Assembly (NCBI GenBank): GCA_001761425.1
Contig: CP012986.1
Coordinates: 1,080,001-1,112,000, forward strand
Source of the DNA: Candidatus Saccharimonadota bacterium
GTDB taxonomy: Archaea; Nanohalarchaeota; Nanosalinia; Nanosalinales; Nanosalinaceae
Length of the DNA stretch: 32,000 bases
Direction: 5' to 3'
Below, piece after piece: positions 31,613 to 32,000 of this stretch. Each line of letters starts with the position of its first letter. Position 1 is the first letter of the stretch. The position numbers and the translations under genes are program-made. The notes below the pieces were generated by a model. That model searched no databases, was not told where the DNA came from, and saw only the letters and a program-made list of their open reading frames with translations.

Positions 31613-32000
31613 GTGAAAAAATGGAGATACATCCCGTTCAGGTACTACGACCCGTACTTCAAGACAGGCCTTAACAAGGCCTTGATGGAGTCAGCAAGGG
31701 AAACAGGCGAGAAAATTATCTTCCTTTCCGGATGGGAGAACGACTGCGTCAACATCGGCTACAGCCAGAGAATCGAAGAAGAAATAGACATCGGGGAGGC
31801 GGAGCACAGAGGCCTTGACATCGTCAGAAGGCAGGGCGGTGGAGGAACCACTTACCTGACAAGAGACGGAGAGATAACCTGGGGAATAGTCGCACCCGGA
31901 AAAGAGTTCCCGGACGATGTGAACAGTACCTACAGAAAAATCTGTAGCGAGATCGCTGAAGGCCTTTCAAAGATCGGAATAGAGGCAAGACACGAACCCA
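31613..32000 (+). CDS. Second lipoate/octanoate-protein ligase paralogue (5' part; continues beyond the window)
   Basis: A GTG start is forced by the in-frame TAA at 31607-31609. Translation is VKKWRYIPFRYYDPYFKTGLNKALMESARETGEKIIFLSGWENDCVNIGYSQ...GLDIVRRQGGGGTTYLTRDGEITWGIV. The out-of-frame ATG at 31621 terminates after 17 codons. Confidence 0.8.
   Translation, partial: MKKWRYIPFRYYDPYFKTGLNKALMESARETGEKIIFLSGWENDCVNIGYSQRIEEEIDIGEAEHRGLDIVRRQGGGGTTYLTRDGEITWGIVAPGKEFPDDVNSTYRKICSEIAEGLSKIGIEARHEP

Noticed and set aside
1-32000. CRISPR arrays, transposases, integrases, prophage or defence islands
   Set aside because: I saw no regularly spaced direct repeats longer than the 6-8-nt AGGCCT palindrome. 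No recombinase, transposase or nuclease-helicase signatures appeared in any ORF. Neither tRNA gene is flanked by an integrase or a duplicated tRNA 3' end.
1-32000. AGGCCT copies as remnants of a MITE or other dispersed repeat family
   Set aside because: The flanks beyond A-AGGCCT-T are not conserved between copies, and most copies lie inside intact coding sequence in varying phases. The signal is an oligonucleotide bias, not a mobile repeat.

Overview
Archaeal chromosomal segment with no obvious mobile DNA or CRISPR. Inference: it comes from a small-genome, salt-in halophile (DPANN/Nanohaloarchaeota-like). The support is archaeal informational genes, strongly acidic predicted proteins, AT-leaning DNA by eye, tight or overlapping gene junctions and many apparently leaderless genes. 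Content by region: (1) 1-12.5 kb has the conserved archaeal block aIF1A, Rio1 kinase, KH protein and topoisomerase VI B/A. It is followed by an intron-containing tRNA-Asn, a frameshifted FAD oxidoreductase, small membrane and redox genes, and the L18e-L13-S9-RpoN operon. (2) 12.5-17.9 kb has Nudix, ZIP transporter, HIT, an apparently circularly permuted metallo-beta-lactamase-fold hydrolase, a HAMP membrane protein, tRNA-Glu and two V4R-domain genes. (3) 17.9-22.8 kb has three translationally coupled genes for large secreted or anchored, sequon-rich surface proteins. (4) 22.9-24.4 kb has a coiled-coil protein plus two PH-like domain proteins. (5) 24.4-29.8 kb has a split ATP-citrate-lyase-like set: an SCS/ACL beta-like gene, two embedded atypical HAD paralogs, an SCS alpha-like gene, and a citryl-CoA-lyase-like gene nearby. 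(6) 29.9-32 kb has a PduO-type adenosyltransferase and a bipartite LplA/LplB lipoate ligase facing a second LplA paralog. The strongest sequence-level signal is window-wide: the palindrome AGGCCT occurs about 120 times by hand count, against roughly 6-8 expected. All product calls come from motif recognition by eye; no searches were run.
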